64,000 bases of DNA, taken from the NCBI RefSeq assembly GCF_902652985.1, contig NC_047019.1, forward strand, positions 45,074,001 to 45,138,000, given 5' to 3'. The notes below the pieces were generated by a model. That model had not been told where the DNA came from. It saw nothing but the letters and a program-made list of their open reading frames with translations, and ran no database searches. Shown in pieces: positions 49,001-62,062 of the stretch (positions within the stretch are counted from its first letter, which is position 1; every line of letters starts with the position of its first letter). This DNA is from Pecten maximus (lineage: Eukaryota). The translations under genes were made by a program, and so were the position numbers.

Positions 49001-52000
49001 TAATGCGGAATGAGACGTTAGGTTCGTTATCAGTATAACGAGACCCGACGAGGCGTCCTGCTGGGTGTCTTCGGTAGTACGCTTCAGTGAGGTAGCACTA
49101 TAAATTAGACATTAGTTTCGCGCTATCACAATGGAACAAAAACGACATATCGCATCGTAACAGTTAATAGTGCGTTTAACATACCAAACCAAATCCTACA
49201 TTTGTATATATGTTTACAAATGACGACAATGTTTACATACATATCCCTGACACACACACTTGTTGTATAGTATTTGTATATATGTTTACAAATGACGACA
49301 ATATTTACATACATATCCCTGACACACACACACTTGTTGTGTAGTATTTGTATATATGTTTACAAATGACGACAATGTTTACATACATATCTCTGACACA
49401 CACACTTGCTGGTTGTGTAGTATTTGTATATATGTTTACAAATGGCGACAATATTTACATACATATCCCTGACACACACACTTGTTGTGTAGTATTTGTA
49501 TATATGTTTACAAATGGCGACAATATTTACATACATATCCCTGACACACACACTTGTTGTATAGTATTTCATATCATGTCGGAATACTAAACGGAATTAC
49601 GTGCGTACCTCATGTCATCTTGAACAGTATAAGTTATTGTTTTGTAACAGAAACTTTGCGCGTATCTGCTGTTTTACACTTGCTTTACACGCACAAACTA
49701 CCGGGAGTAGACGTTTATCAATTTCAGAATTAAATTACGCACGCTTCCGAAATCGCCAATTTCATCATCAGTTTGTGCCTAGTTTGTTCTACATAACTAT
49801 TACCATTGAAAAAAATCTATTTCTCATAATCTCCTATTCTCTAAGTGTCAAACAAAGCTAGGTGTTCCATTAATCAGAATTCGGTCTGGAGTTATGTAAG
49901 GCCTCTATGCAATGTCTTCCACATTTCGTGAGATGTGTAAATTTCACCCTCACATCACGCACGTGCCTTGCATGTCTACTCCGAGCCGTCCAACGAGATA
50001 TATGTCTATTAGGAACTGAGTGGGTTTGCCACATCCGAGATGTTTGTCGCGTCCTCACGCAGAATTATTGTACTATTGTCTTCAATCTATTTGATTTAAT
50101 GTCTTCACGCAAATACCGTTACCCGAAATAGATAGCTCGTGGTAGATCTTGATCCAAAGATATATAGTACACGTACATTAAAACATTCACACACGCCCGG
50201 ACTAGCTTCGCCTGTCAAGTAATTAGTATATAGTTAATTTTATTGTGTGGTTTACCTCCAGTCCTATAATTGTAGCCGAATCATACCCCAGTTAGACATA
50301 ATGTGTGTATAGTTCTTAGATCTCTTGATGGTCGGAATGTAACAGTATAGCTACAATACGAACTTAACATGGCTTGTCGCAATAATGTACTCTCTCACTG
50401 ATGTTATGACCACACCTATACACCTCCGTCTCACCCACCCACCACCACCCAAACCTACACTCATCCCGAAACCCTTACTCACCACCGTCCAAACATACTC
50501 TAATATTCACCATGACTTCCACATACCAAATCCCTACCACATTTCAACACACACATCCTTACACAACTCCCTACCCCTTTCCCCCTTACACCCTAATATC
50601 TACTCCTACCCCATTCTCACACACACCCTTATATCAACTCCTTACCCCATTCCCACACACCCGTACACCAGCTCCCTACCCCATTCCCACACATACCCTT
50701 ACACCAACTCCCAACACACACTCACACCAGCTCCCTACCCCATTCCCACACATACCCTTACACCAACTCCCAACACACACTCACACCAGCTCCCTACCCC
50801 ATTCCCTCACACACCCTTTCACCAACTCCTTCCCCACATTCCCCCACACACTAACACCAACATCCTAACCCATACGGCACCTACCCGTATTTCTTACAAT
50901 CATTGGCTTTTATATACCCAAGTAAATGTTTCATCGAACTCGTGTCTTTGTACTGTAGCTTGTATCGACAAGGTAAGACTTGTAATGACATATTTAAGTA
51001 ATAAATTCACAAAAGTTCACCATTTATAACGCCACACATGTAATCTAAAATCTTAAATTTCTTGAAGAAAACATGACGTATTTTTATTTTACTAATTGTA
51101 GCAAACAGCATAGGTCATGCACCGTTATTGTAAAGCCTTGCACCAATTGTAGTTTACATACGAGATGTAAAACCTGATAATTGGGTGTTATAAAAGAGGA
51201 GAAATAATATGTGGAGTAACGTAAAGGCTCTATAACAGCCTTCAGATGTAGACGTGAAACCAATATATTACTGTACACAAGTCTTGTGAATCCTAATTGT
51301 TATGAGAACACCTTCAGGGTTTCTTTCGTCCGAGACAGAATTGGATGCAGGCTAAGATGAAACACACGGTGGATATCCGTTCCGTATTTCAGCTCCTTAT
51401 AAACAGCCGCCTCTCTGACCCAGGCTCCGTTTAGATCATTCTAAACGTTTTACATATTGTTTGTATCAATCAGCGGCAAAAATCAATTTGGAAGAAATCC
51501 CAGGTATTCCAGTAATTTACTGATTTATTGATATAGGTATCCCGTGTCCGGTATAATTTACAAAAAACTTACACTTCACCTGGGTTTTATCATCACGTGA
51601 CAGTGAGCAAACTAATATTGTAGCTCGGAGTGTCATTTTGACTTTTTTGGTGCATTTTCTCCGAAAGGAATAACTAATGTTCGGGTAAAAGTCAAAGAAG
51701 CATTTTCAAGTTTTCATTTTGAAATTTGATACTTTAAACAGTTTAATCTACAGAAATAAAGGAATGTCTACCATCAGGTCAAACTGTATCATTATAGTAA
51801 GCTTAGCAAGCACGTTATATGTCATTGTAACATTTCTGGCAAAGCCAACTATTTTAGAATAATATCAAAAATAAAAAATATTAAAATGATTTAATTAAGA
51901 TAAACTCACTAACCTTTTAAAAAGAATGGGAAATGTGCTTATTCTACTCCATATAGTTTATCTGACATCATTATGATCAGATATGATTTGTAAAAAAGAT

Positions 52001-55000
52001 GAATCATTTCAAGAATGTTTCGGTTGATGAAGATTTTCAAAGCGATGGTTTATAAGATGCTGACGTAAGATTGATGAAGTGGGGTTGGGATGCCTGCAGC
52101 TTTGTACTACATCTTCGGATGATGATAGATTGAGGTTAAACAAGACGTGTTTCAGGGCTAGGTTTGGTCAGAACAAACATACTACCACAATACCGAATTT
52201 ATCATCACTAGTTACATAACCGGTTTCTCCAGATACCCACCAGTAATCTCTGTACACACTTGACGTTAGGTCTCGTCAGTCGGCTGAACAAATCAACACT
52301 TCTCTTTGTGTTTATTGAATAAAAATGCATGATACCTTAATGCCACAACATTCCCATCTCTTTTATTTTTGTTTGTTTGTTTGTTTGTTTTTACTTACTA
52401 TATGTACGTTTCTCTTATCGCCTACCACACCTTCCCTCTGATCCTGTCGACGAATACAGTACAACATTGAATGATAACTTGTATATGAGCATGTAAACAT
52501 ATCGAGATCCTGTCACGTGCGACCTATACCGAACCTATATCAATGAATGAAATATAATGTATGACTTAACTGATCTTGTATGAAACCTTGTATGGTTAAA
52601 CTGAATGCATTGACTTTTAACGCGCTGTATTTGTACTGACACAGCGAGCCTTTTACTGACACAGCGAGACTTGTACTGACACAGCGAGACTTGTACTGAC
52701 ACAGCGAGCCTTTTACTGACACAGCGAGACTTGTACTGACAATGTGAGACTTGTACTGACACAGCGAGACTTGTACTGACACAGCGAGCCTTTTACTGAC
52801 AATGTGAGATGTATTGACACAGAGAGACTTGTACTGACACAGCGAGCCTTTTACTGACACAGCGAGACTTGTACTGACACAGCGAGCCTTTTACTGACAC
52901 AGCGAGACTTGTACTGACACAGCGAGACTTTTACTGACAATGTGAGACTTGTATTGACACAGAGAGACTTGTACTGACACAGCGAGACTTGTACTGACAC
53001 AGTGAGACTTGTACTGACAATGTGAGACTTGTACTGACACAGAGATACTTGTACTGACACAGCGAGACTTGTACTGACACATCGAGACTTGTACTGACAC
53101 AGAGAGACTTGTACTGACACAGCGAGACTTGTACTGACAATGTGAGACTTGTACTGACAATGTGAGACTTGTACTGACACAGCGAGACTTGTACTGACAC
53201 AGCGAGACTTGTACTGACACAGCGAGACTTGTACTGACAAGATGAGACTTGTACTGACAATGTGAGACTTGTACTGACACAGCGAGACTTGTACTGACAC
53301 ATTGAGACTTGTACTGACTAGATGATAAGTGTACTCCTAGCTTCCACTTATTGACCACTTCACAAGAGACCTTAGTTCTATGACGGGGTTGTACAATGTA
53401 ATTAGTACGATATAGATTAATTAGTATGGGTTTGGCAGCTATATAGAGTGCCTGGTTTAAGACTTTGATAACATGGATACCACAAGAGAGAAGGTAGATG
53501 GGGAGAAACTGCTGTTAGGAAAAAAAGACTTGGTGAAGTTAATATTCTCGAACGCTAACGACCCACGTCCGACAGTCAGATGAAAGTAGTTAGCACATAC
53601 ATGATATGGAGCCGAACACCTATGACAGACAATACATGTTTTATACAGGTTACCAGCAACAACATTACACGGCGTGTAAGTCAGGATGAAACGCGATGTA
53701 TTAATGCTCACCGGAAATTACCATTTGTACGACATAAACATGTCCGTCGGCGCTCAACAAATTACAACTTAATCGCATGGTTATGCGCTCAGCAGCGCAC
53801 CTGACGCCGATTCCAATATAATAAGCAGCGATGGGACAAAGATAGTGTTCACGTGTAGTTAAGTAGTGATGAGGTAGAGGTATAAGAAAGCAGACAGGCA
53901 GAAATTGTGTTTGGTAGTGGTGAGACAGACGTAGTGTGTTGTAATGGTGAGACAGACGTAGTGTGTTGTAGTGGTGAGACAGACGTAGTGTGTTGTAGTG
54001 GTGAGACAGACGTAGTGTGTTATAGTGGTGAGACAGACGTAGTGTGTTATAGTGGTGAGACAGACGTAGTGTGTTGTAGATAAGACAGACGTAGTGTGTT
54101 AGTGGTGAGGACAGACGAGTGTGTGGTAGTGTGAGACAGACGTAGTGTGTTGTAGTGGTGAGACAGACGTAGTGTGTTGTAGTGGTGAGACAGACGTAGT
54201 GTGTTATAGTTGTGAAACAGACGTAGTGTGTTGTAGTGGTGAGACAGACGTAGTGTGTTGTAGTGGTGAGACAGACGTAGTGTGTTGTAATGGTGAGACA
54301 GACGTAGTGTGTTGTAGTGGTGAGACAGACGTAGTGTGTTGTAGTGGTGAGACAGACGTAGTGTGTTGTAGTAGTGAGACAGACGTAGTGTGTTGTAGTG
54401 GTGAGACAGACGTAGTGTGTTGTAGTGGTGAGACAGACGTTGTGTGTGGTAGTGGGGAGACAGACGTGGTGTGTTGTAGGGGTGAGACAGACGTGGTGTG
54501 TTGTAGGGGTGAGACAGACGTGGTGTGTTGTAGTGGTGAGACAGACGTAGTGTGTTGTAGTGGTGAGACAGACGTAGTGTGTTGTAGTGGTGGTGAGACG
54601 GACGTAGTGTGTTGTAGTGGTGAGACAGACGTAGTGTGTGGTAGTGGTGAGACAGACGTAGTGTGTTGTAGTGGTGAGACAGACGTAGTGTGTTGTAGTG
54701 GTGAGACAGACGTAGTGTGTGGTAGTGGTGAGACAGACGTAGTGTGTGGTAGTGGTGAGACAGACGTAGTGTGTTGTAGTGGTGAGACAGGACGTAGTGT
54801 GTTGTAGTAGTGAGACAGACGTACGTGTTTGTAGTGGTGAGACAGACGTAGTGTGTTGTAGTGGTGAGACAGACGTAGTGTGGTGTAGTAGTAGAGAACA
54901 GACGTAGCGTGTTGTAGGGTGAGACAGACGTAGTGTGTTGTAGTGGTGAGACAGACGTAGTGTGTTGTAGTGGGTGAGACAGACGTAGTGTGTGGTAGTG

Positions 55001-58000
55001 GTGAGACAGACGTAGTGTGTTGTAGTGGTGAGACAGACGTAGTGTGTGGTAGTGGTGAGACAGACGTAGTGTGTTGTAGTGGTGAGACAGACGTAGTGTG
55101 TGGTAGTGGTGAGACAGACGTAGTGTGTTGTAGTGGTGAGACAGACGTAGTGTGTTGTAGTGGTGAGACAGACGTAGTGTGTTGTAGTGGTGAGAGAGAC
55201 GTAGTGTGTTGTAGTGGTGAGACAGACGTAGTGTGTGGTAGTGGTTAGACAGACGTAGTGTGTTGTAGTGGTGGTGAGACAGACGTAGTGTGTTGTAGTG
55301 GTGAGACAGACGTAGTGTGTTGTAGTGGTGAGACAGACGTAGTGTGTTGGTAAGCGTGGTGTTTTGTAGAACAGACGTAGTGTGTTGTGTGTGGGTGAGA
55401 CAGACGTAGTGTGTTGTAGTGGGGAGACAGACGTGTGTGTGGTAGTGGGGAGACAGACGTGTGTGTGTGTGGTGAGGGTGGAGGGTGAACAGACGTGTGG
55501 TGTGTAGGGTGAGACAACGTGGTTGTGTTGTAGTGGTGAGACGACGTAGTGTTGTGTAGTGGTGAGACAGACGTAGTGTGTTGTAGTGGTGGTGAGACGG
55601 ACGTAGTGTGTTGTAGTGGTGAGACAGACGTAGTGTGTGGTAGTGGTGAGACAGACGTAGTGTGTTGTAGTGGTGAGACAGACGTAGTGTGTTGTAGTGG
55701 TGAGACAGACGTAGTGTGTGGTAGTGGTGAGACAGACGTAGTGTGTGGTAGTGGTGAGACAGACGTAATGTGTTGTAGTGGTGAGACAGACGTAGTGTGT
55801 TGTAGTAGTGAGACAGACGTAGCGTGTTGTAGTGGTGAGACAGACGTAGTGTGTTGTAGTGGTGAGACAGACGTAGTGTGTTGTAGTAGTGAGACAGACG
55901 TAGCGTGTTGTAGTGGTGAGACAGACGTAGTGTGTTGTAGTGGTGAGACAGACGTAGTGTGTTGTAGTAGTGAGACAGACGTAGTGTGTGGTAGTGGTGA
56001 GACAGACGTAGTGTGTTGTAGTGGTGAGACAGACGTAGTGTGTGGTAGTGGGGAGACAGACGTAGTGTGTGGTAGTGGTGAGACAGACGTGGTAGGGGTG
56101 AGACAGACGTAGTGTGTGGTAGTAGTGAGCCATACGTAGTGTTTGACAGAGCTGAGACATACGTTTACATTGTTTGACAGTTCCTCCCTCGATTATCGCT
56201 TGTTCCGTTCCTCCATGTTTTCCCTATATTTTCGTATTGGTTAATGATTTATATAATAGAAGCCTAACGTTAGTCTCGCCCACGATTTGATTCATATATT
56301 GTTTTTTTAAAACTAAGGAGACGGATTATACTGGTACAATATGACAAGCAATAAAAGGAGTATAGCTTGTTTATTGATGATCGCTTATAACTGAAATTGA
56401 CTTTTCGTATTTTGTGAGATTTTCATTCAGTTCCTCGTATTACAGGCTGGCTCCGGTTAAGCCATTCGTTATGTCGTGTATAACGTCTGCCACACTTGCC
56501 GTCACGCGTCCCTGATACCACCTCTCCTCATCCATGTTTTTGTCATGCGAGAAAGCTTAAAAACTAATCTACAGCAGGCAAAAGAAATGTATGATATATC
56601 TACAAACAAAAACTGTATGATATATCTATAGACAATTCTGTCAGGATGTTCAAACGTTCACTCATATTTATCTCCCGGCGAAAATAAGGTAAACCTAAGG
56701 TTCACAACGTCAAGCGATTCTAGATTGATGTCTTCCTGTGTTTATTTCAACGCTCCAGTTTGATATTGCTGTCTCTTTAACGTCAAATCAATTTTAAGAC
56801 AAGTACAAGTCTGCGCCTTAAGTTTTTTGGTGCAGTATTAAAACCCGACCGGCAGTGTTCCATCATCAGTATGGTATTTATTTATTTGACTCGATGATGT
56901 GTACACCTAACGCCGCACGAGTACATACACACCCACACATCCTACCCCTAAAACTGTCCTGACAGTATTTTCTCGGTCAAATGGATAAGTACTGAAATTT
57001 ATCTATTTGATAACTACGGTCTTTATTTATATTCCCTGTCGGCTATTAACACTGATACGAATTCAGGCTTCCAAATTGATAAATACATCTTCATTACGCG
57101 ATAGTATTGACGTACCTGGCTCTCAACGTAAAATGTCCTGGCACCATACAGCAATTCGTAAATACAGATATGTTTTAGTAAAGTGTGATACGTGCACAGA
57201 TATACAAATGTACGTGTATATATGATATAGACAGAGTAAACATCAATACAATCGATGAAGACTCAGCATTCTGTGTTTCCTATAAATCATTCTAAATTCA
57301 ATTAAAGTGTGGTGAGACAGTGAAATGAGACTGTGTGTGAGACTGTGTTGTGAGACTGTGTGATGATACTGCGAGGCGAGACTGTGTGATGAGTAAGTGG
57401 TGAGACTGTGTGTGAGACTGTGTTGTGAGACTGTGTGATGATACTGCGAGGCGAGACTGTGTGATGAGTAAGTGGTGAGACTGGTGAGTAAGTGGTGAGA
57501 CTGGTGAGTAAGTGGTGAGACTGTGTGGTGAGACTGTGTGGTGAGTAAGTGGTGAGACTGTGTGGTGAGACTGTGTGGTGAGACTGTGTGGTGAGTAAGT
57601 GGTGAGACTTGTGAGTAAGTGGTGAGACTGGTGAGTAAGTGGTGAGACTTGTGAGTAAGTAGTGTTACTGCGTGGTGAGACTGTGTGGTGAGTAAGTAGT
57701 GAGACAGTGTGGTGAGATAGTGAGAATGTGGTGAGACTGACAAGGTGAGACAGTGTTATGAGACTGTGTGGTGAGAGTGTGAAGTGAGACTGTGGTGATA
57801 AAGTATGGTGAGCCTATGTGGTGAGACAGTTTGGTTAGACTGTGAGATGAGATTGTGTGGTGAAACAGAGTGTTGGGAAAGTATGGTGAGCCTATGTGGT
57901 GAGACAGTGTGGTGAGACTGTATGGTGAGACAGTGTGGTGAGACTGTATGGTGAGACAGTGTGGTGAGACTGTGTGGTGAGACTGTATGGTGAGACTGTG

Positions 58001-61000
58001 TGGTGAGACTGTATGGTGAGACAGTGTGGTGAGACTGTATGGTGAGACAGTGTGGTGAGACTGTATGGTGAGACTGTATGGTGAGACTGTGTGGTGAGAT
58101 AGTGTGGTGAGATTGTGTGGTGAGACTGTGTGGTGAGACTGTGTGGTGAGACTGTGTGGTGAGACTGTGTGGTGAGATAGTGTGGTGAGACAGTGTGGTG
58201 AGACTGTATGGTGAGATAGTGTGGTGAGACAGTGTGGTGAGACTGTGTGGTGAGATAGTGTGGTGAGACATTGTGGTGAGACTGTGTTGTGAGACTGAGT
58301 GGTGAGACTGTGTGGTGAGACTGTGTGGTGAGACTGTGTGGTGAGACTGTATGGTGAGACTGTGTGGTGAGACAGTGTGATGAGACTGTGTGGTGAGACT
58401 GTGTGGTGAGACTGTGTGGTGAGACTGTGTGGTGATACTGTGTGGTGAGACTGTGTGGTGAGACTGTGTGGTGATACTGTGTGGTGAGACTGTGTGGTGA
58501 GACTGTGTGGTGATACTGTGTGGTGAGACTGTGTGGTGAGACTGTGTGGTGATACTGTGTGGTGAGACTGTGTGGTGAGACTGTATGGTGAGACTGTGTG
58601 GTGAGACAGTGTGGTGAGACTGTGTGGTGAGATAGTGTGATGAGTCTGTGTTGTGAGATAGTGTAGGTGAGACAGTGATGAGGCAGTATGGTGAGACAGT
58701 GGTGAGACTGACAAGGTGAGACTGAGTGGTGAGACAGTTTCCTGGGACAGTATGGCGAGACAGTATGGTGAGACAGTGGGATGATACAGTATGGTGAGGC
58801 TATGACAAGGCCGTACATGAACTATAATTCACAGCGATTCGGTAGGTGTAGCAATAAAACATGGACGCCAATCACAATCGGTGGAATGATTTAATTAGAA
58901 ATCGATGTTCACCTTCTCCACTTTTAAGGGTGATCATAACTTACTTCAGTTCCTGGTTTCTTAACAGATGCCATTTCAATGATGAATGATGATCTATCTT
59001 TTCTAAGACTTCCTTGTATCCAATGTTTTAGTTTAGTTTATTCTGTTGCAGCGTTTGCAGTCCGGTACATCACGAAACGCTACATCGGTGATTATGACAG
59101 AAATAAAGGTAAATAGTCATTTGGTCCTGATCGTGGTGGTCCTTATCGTGGTGGTCCTTATCGTGGTGGTCCTGATCGTGGTGGTCCTTATCGTGGTGGT
59201 CCTTATCGTGGTGGTCCTTATCGTGGTGGTCCTGATCGTGGTGGTCCTTATCGTGGTGGTCCTTATCGTGGTGGTCCTTATCGTGGGAAATGTTAAACAC
59301 ATATTTGTACATTTGGTAAAGTATATGCTAACGTCTTTTGATAAGAAATATGGGGTTATTGAATATTGTAAAGTCAAGACGCTATACATGTTGACGGTAG
59401 ACAGTATTACTTAGAAAGCATCATCTTCATGAATGTAGGTCTCAGGCCGATTTATAGTAATGAAAGATATCATTCCGGAAGATATACGTCCCAATAACCG
59501 TTTGGTTAGCCATTGAGTTAACTTCTCGGTAACCATTGAGTGAACCATTGGGTAAACTTCCCGGTAACCATTGAGTGAACCATTGGGTAAACTTCCCGGT
59601 AACCATTGAGTGAACCATTGGGTTAACTTTCCGGTAACCGTTGAGTGAACCATTGGGTTAACTGTCCGGTAACCGTTGAGTGAACCATTGGGTTAACTTT
59701 CCGGTAACCGTTGAGTGAACCATTGGGTTAACTGTCCGGTAACCGTTGAGTGAACCATTGGGTTAACTTTCCGGTAACCGTTGAGTGAACCATTGGGTTA
59801 ACTGTCCGGTAACCGTTGAGTGAATCATTGGGTTAACTTCTCGGTAACCATTGAGTGAATCATTGGGTTAACTTCTCGGTAACCGTTGAGTGAACCATTG
59901 GGTTAACTTCTCGGTAACCGTTGAGTGAACCATTGGGTTAACTTCTCGGTAACCGTTGAGTGAACCATTGGGTTAACTGTCCGGTAACCGTTGAGTGAAC
60001 CATTGGGTAAACTTTCCGGTAACCGTTGAGTGAATCATTGGGTTAACTTGACTTCACGGTAACCATTGGGTTTACTTCTCGGTAAATGTTGAGTGAACCA
60101 TTGGGTTTACTTGACTTCACGGTAACCATTGAGTGAACCATTGGGTTAACTTGACTTCACGGTAACCATTGGGTTTACTTCTCGGTAAATGTTGAGTGAA
60201 CCATTGGGTTTACTTGACTTCACGGTAACCATTGAGTGAACCATTGGGTTAACTTGACTTCACGGTAACCATTGGGTTTACTTCTCGGTAAATGTTGAGT
60301 GAACCATTGGGTTAACTTCTCGGTAACCGTTGAGTGAACCATTGGGTTAACTGTCCGGTAACCGTTGAGTGAATCATTGGGTTAACTTCTCGGTAACCGT
60401 TGAGTGAATCATTGGGTTAACTTCTCGGTAACCGTTGAGTGAACCATTGGGTTAACTGTCCGGTAACCGTTGAGTGAATCATTGGGTTAACTTCTCGGTA
60501 ACCGTTGAGTGAATCATTGGGTTAACTTCTCGGTAACCGTTGAGTGAATCATTGGGTTAACTTCTCGGTAACCGTTGAGTGAACCATTGGGTTAACTTCC
60601 CGGTAACCATTGAGTGAATCATTGGGTTAGCTTTCCGGTAACCGTTGAGTGAACCATTGGGTTTACTTACCGGTAACCGAGCAATGGTATTTAAGATATT
60701 CTCATATAATTTCATTTCCCCAAAATTCTTATCTATTATCGTTTTAAAGAAATGTATTCAACAATAAAATAATGCCTTTCGATTATTAGTAGTCTAACTT
60801 TCTTCCATCGTGAAATTTATGTACATAAAATTATCATCAGAAAAGACTTCTAGATATATTTTATTGTTATCGTCCGTAAGCTAAAACCAACAAAAACAGC
60901 CAAGGATCATTTGTTACCGTAGACCGGCTAATGTGTAGTTCATGTATTTGGGGGATTGAAGGTTATTTTGAGTGGTATCTTAACTAGGTCCTTGAGTATT

Positions 61001-61983
61001 TTGCTAAGGCAGTAGATGTACTAGAAGAGGTTTTAGTGAATGGCATTAGGGTATATAAAACTAATGAAAGGCTTTGGTAATATAAAGTTGTTTCGTGGTG
61101 TAATCTTGTTCATACCTTGCACTGCTCGTCTGTCTCTTTTATCAAACAGAGATGCTCTATACGCACAAAATGACGTCACCAAGGGAGGAAGTGGTTACCC
61201 TGGAGATTCTGGACACGATGTCAGAGGTACAATGCTGCTTGTTGTGAGAATGTGACGATTGCATGTAAACTATCTATGTGACGTCACTGCAGTGTCACTA
61301 TGACACTGTGTAGATGTAGTGAAGTCAAAGTTTGCATAGGATGAGATTGTGATGACGTCACTGCAGTGTTATTTATGCTTGCAGTAGAATATTTCAGTTA
61401 GTGTAGCGCGGAGTAAGCCTGGGATTTATTTGGATATTTAGCTTATTTGTTTTATAGCTAAAGTGATAATTGGATGCTCGTACTCAATATGAAAATTAAA
61501 GCTGTAATTTTTAAAGTTTAAACATTTTTATCACGTGTGTTACAGAGTAACCCGGATGATACAGAGAAGAACCTGAAATGGGCGGATGGATACGTGATGA
61601 TGTATTCAGTAACAGACACTGCAAGTTTTCAGGAGGTGAAACGGCTCAAAGATATTTTATTCCGTTTGAAAGGGAACGAAAGGCCGATGGTTCTAATCGC
61701 TAACAAACTCGACCTGCGGGATGCCCGGGCGGTGAGCGAGGAAGATAGTATTTCGCTGGCCCATTCACTCGAATGCCCGTTGTTTGAACTTTCTGTGGCG
61801 GATGGATATCAGGGTGTCGCGGATGCAATGGAAGAATTAATTGTTCAGCTGCGGAGGGATTTTGTGAAAGCTCAAAGTGCGGCAAATGTCAGTACAAATA
61901 CAGAGAAGCCCCGTTCAAAATTATACAACATGAAAAAAGTTCTGAAGAAGAGGATAGGTCGGAGTCATAGTGATACATTTTAG
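42827..61983 (+). CDS. Ras-family small GTPase of the RERG/RASL11/RASL12 group, 212 aa, 4 exons
   Basis: Exons 42827-42893, 59052-59108, 61150-61226 and 61546-61983 (GT-AG, phases 1,1,0; 639 nt; first intron about 16 kb). Protein [48 protein letters not shown]...LEILDTMSESNPDDTEKNLKWADGYVMMYSVTD...VLIANKLDL...FELSVADG...KKVLKKRIGRSHSDTF. G1 and G4 intact, KWADG and RYIGDY are family hallmarks, no CAAX box. Confidence 0.9.
43130..44670. repeat. 22-bp intronic minisatellite (GTGTGGGTAACACGACATTCCA)n
   Basis: About 70 units. Confidence 0.96.
45055..45345. repeat. AT-rich degenerate repeat of the palindromic core ATAAGATATCTTAT
   Basis: Many copies of ataagatatc(t/a) at a period of about 21-23 bp. 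Confidence 0.7.
45405..45581 (+). mobile_element. CORE-type SINE fragment
   Basis: ttgtgtcctttggcaagacactttact resembles the CORE domain. The 3' end is aaatgaccccggctgtt...gcgataaacc followed by a (caaa)n tail. Confidence 0.55.
46013..46055 (+). repeat. 43-nt poly-G tract
   Basis: Direct count. Confidence 0.85.
46621..47020 (-). mobile_element. Near full-length tRNA-derived SINE (Meta-domain-like centre)
   Basis: On the minus strand: head tggcctttagttgagcgttcgcccctgtgaggaaggctttgggttctgtcccctggcc (A/B-box-like), centre gactggttcgcccgttgtcagtataatgtgaccggg...cttcagtgaggtagcactataaa, tail gtccttaaatgacc...aataggacgttaaacaaaataaaccaaacc. Confidence 0.8.
47435..47925 (+). repeat. 39-bp minisatellite (TTTTGGCCTTTAGTTGAGCGTTGGTCCCTGTGAGGAAGG)n, about 12 diverged copies, derived from a SINE head
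   Basis: The consensus matches the reverse complement of 46981-47019 at 37/39 positions. Confidence 0.88.
48035..48356. repeat. 35-bp minisatellite (ATGGACAGAGTAAACAATACACAATTCGACATCGG)n
   Basis: About 9 copies. Confidence 0.93.
49005..49193 (+). mobile_element. Diverged, 5'-truncated copy of the same SINE family as 46621-47020
   Basis: tcagtataa...gctgggtgtcttcggtagtacgcttcagtgaggtagcactataaat...catatcgca...gttaatag..cgtttaac.ataccaaaccaaa. Confidence 0.65.
49200..49570. repeat. ~72-bp tandem repeat, 5 copies
   Basis: tttgtatatatgtttacaaatgacgacaatgtttacatacatatccctgacacacacacttgttgt... begins directly after the SINE tail. Confidence 0.92.
50560..50860. repeat. C/A-rich low-complexity region with ~59-bp tandem duplications
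   Basis: ctccctaccccattcccacacatacccttacaccaactcccaacacacactcacaccag repeated. Confidence 0.75.
52630..53320. repeat. 20-bp minisatellite (CTTGTACTGACACAGCGAGA)n
   Basis: About 34 copies. Confidence 0.95.
53912..56130. repeat. 27-bp minisatellite (GTAGTGGTGAGACAGACGTAGTGTGTT)n
   Basis: About 80 copies, with noisy patches near 54080-54140 and 55340-55560. Confidence 0.96.
57305..58790. repeat. 13-bp minisatellite (GTGGTGAGACTGT)n with variants
   Basis: More than 80 units. Confidence 0.94.
59122..59286. repeat. 15-bp minisatellite (GGTCCTTATCGTGGT)n, about 11 copies, 13 nt into intron 2 of the GTPase gene
   Basis: Near-perfect tandem units. Confidence 0.95.
59510..60680. repeat. 35-bp minisatellite (CGGTAACCGTTGAGTGAACCATTGGGTTAACTTCT)n
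   Basis: About 33 units, including a triplicated variant block at about 60045-60300. Confidence 0.95.
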
Positions 61984-62062
61984 TATACCATGTTATTGTT
62001 AGATATATTGTCGATTTCAGCTGATATCTAGTCATCTCCAGGTTCTTACGTTGTCTGAACCC

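Noticed and set aside
50385-51029. Pro/His/Thr-rich 214-aa ORF
   Set aside because: Low-complexity C/A-rich intronic DNA with no recognisable domain.
53701-56160. 819-aa ORF (TTTTHYVCL repeats)
   Set aside because: Stop-free translation of a 27-bp (3n) minisatellite, antisense within an intron. No domain or splice support.
59046-59414. ORF with poly-(VVLIV) looking like a membrane protein
   Set aside because: Translation of a 15-bp intronic repeat. The real exon (59052-59108) is read in another frame.
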